Below are positions 51,359 through 52,690 of a stretch of 52,690 nt of DNA, one piece after another. Source of the DNA: Neolecta irregularis DAH-3 (taxonomy: Eukaryota); the NCBI GenBank assembly GCA_001929475.1, contig LXFE01000205.1:1-52690 (forward strand), given 5' to 3'. Position numbers and translations under genes: made by a program. How positions within the stretch are numbered: the first letter of the stretch is position 1; each line of letters begins with the position of its first letter. The notes beneath the pieces were generated by a model that searched no databases, was not told where the DNA came from, and worked only from the letters and a program-made list of their open reading frames with translations.

Positions 51359-52653
51359 ATGTCGACGTATCGTCCATATGCCTATCTTCCCGAGAAAGAT
51401 CCCTTTCCGCTTTCGTTGGGGATTCCAGATGCAGATATCGGTAGTCGATCAAATGTATTTTCGGACGTCGACTATGAAAAATACTTTGAACTTCCCAATG
51501 CACAAGAGCTCTTGAGTCGATTTGCTCAAGAGGCAACTGTACGATATTTTACTGGGATGATTGCACAACCATGGGAAGTAGCAAAGACGATACTTCAATG
51601 TCAACTATCTTCATCCGCAACAAAATCAGAGCGGCCTCTGGAGTATCAATCTGACGATGAAGATGTATGTTAATAACAATAAAAAATGACTAAAGACTAG
51701 ATATTCTCGGAAAAGAGTTCAGATGGTGATGAACCGTCTTATTTTTCGTCAATTCCAGTACCAGGGTACATGAATCAACAAGGAGGACGCAACACAGATC
51801 GAACGGGCTATATAATTCCGTCGAGTGGAGATAAAATTGCAAGACCGAGCTACCAACTTCAAGTATCTTCAACACAAGTGCGGAAAATTGTGTCTGCTTT
51901 GTGGAAACAGGAAGGTGCGCGGGGTTTATTGAAAGCGCAAAACACGACGTTTGTGTATTCTGTGGTTTATTCAGTGATGGAATCGTGGTGTTCGTCTTTG
52001 TTGGCGGCGGTGTTTTCGTTGCCTGATCCGATATTATTTGGGATGGATGAATCTCTAGCGCCGATGATGTCGCTGGGGTGTACTGTGGCAGCTTCTGCGA
52101 TTACAGCGTTGGTACTTGCACCACTTGACATTGCGCGGACAAGGTGGGGTTGAATGGATTTTTTTTGCTAATTATGAGGTTGATGCTTACGCCCTTTGAT
52201 GTTGGGCCCCGGGATATTGTGCCTCCGCGGGCTGTGAGTACGTGGATCTGTCCCAAGGGTCTTGTTGTGCCGACTATTTTGCATTCCACCCTTCCGTCTA
52301 TGGTGGGGACGTCTGTTTCGATGTTTCTGCGCCGTCAGTGGGTTGTTGAATGGCCTGCATTTGCGGCGATGTCGTCGTTTGTGACGATTGCGTTTGAGAT
52401 GCTTGTGCGGCTGCCACTGGAGACTATATTACGCCGCGGGCAGCTGGCGGCAGCGGAGCCCAAGAAAACCATCGTGCGAGTAGGCGTGTACTACGGGGTG
52501 ATGGGGACTGCATGGCACATTGTGCGGAACGAGGGCGGGATGGGTGGACTGTACCGGGGCTGGAAGGTCGTCGCATGGGGCGCGTTTGCGCCGTGGGCAT
52601 TGTCTCTGGTGAATGTGGAAGTTGCGGGCGGCGAGGGCGAGTCTGAGTTTTGA
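51359..52653 (+). CDS. UGO1: Mitochondrial outer-membrane fusion protein Ugo1 (carrier-like)
   Basis: YRPY, AQPWEVAKTILQ, LWKQEGARG, LAPLDIART|RL, RLPLETILRRGQL, GLYRGWKV; 2 introns. Confidence 0.9.
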
Positions 52654-52671
52654 ATAGATATGATATGTATG

Positions 52672-52690
52672 ATATATATATATATATATA
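52672..52690. repeat. (AT)n microsatellite running to the window end
   Basis: Uninterrupted AT alternation to the last base. Confidence 0.9.

Overview
Eukaryotic, gene-dense fungal (ascomycete) DNA. The gene set and architecture suggest an early-diverging Taphrinomycotina lineage such as Neolecta, which is inference only. I resolve about 32 protein-coding genes on both strands, broken by roughly 110 very short introns (mostly 32-48 nt), often with intergenic gaps under 100 bp. They are mostly housekeeping genes: PQ-loop transporters, SDH3, MRPL15, LCL2, HIBADH, HUA1, SGT1, PMP3, an aldo-keto reductase, a GGCT-like protein, HID1, HAT2/RBBP4, CFD1, glucosidase II alpha, Lid2/KDM5, MTHFR, eIF4E2, CDC8, SHP1, TAF11, Crb2/Rad9, SWA2, YAH1, RRP15 and UGO1, plus several orphans. 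The most striking signal is the splicing code. By hand, about 9 introns (~8%) are best modelled with GC donors that have no compensating consensus, and GT donors are highly degenerate. Two conserved genes (CDC8 and the aldo-keto reductase) appear to need non-AG acceptors (GG, TG), and 3' splice sites look positioned by distance from the branch point. Other signals are a GC-rich island with a strand-skew switch at ~5430, a frame-symmetric microexon cassette in SGT1, a hairpin/hAT-like relic and two candidate ncRNA loci. All exon structures were inferred by eye from conserved protein motifs; no database search was run.
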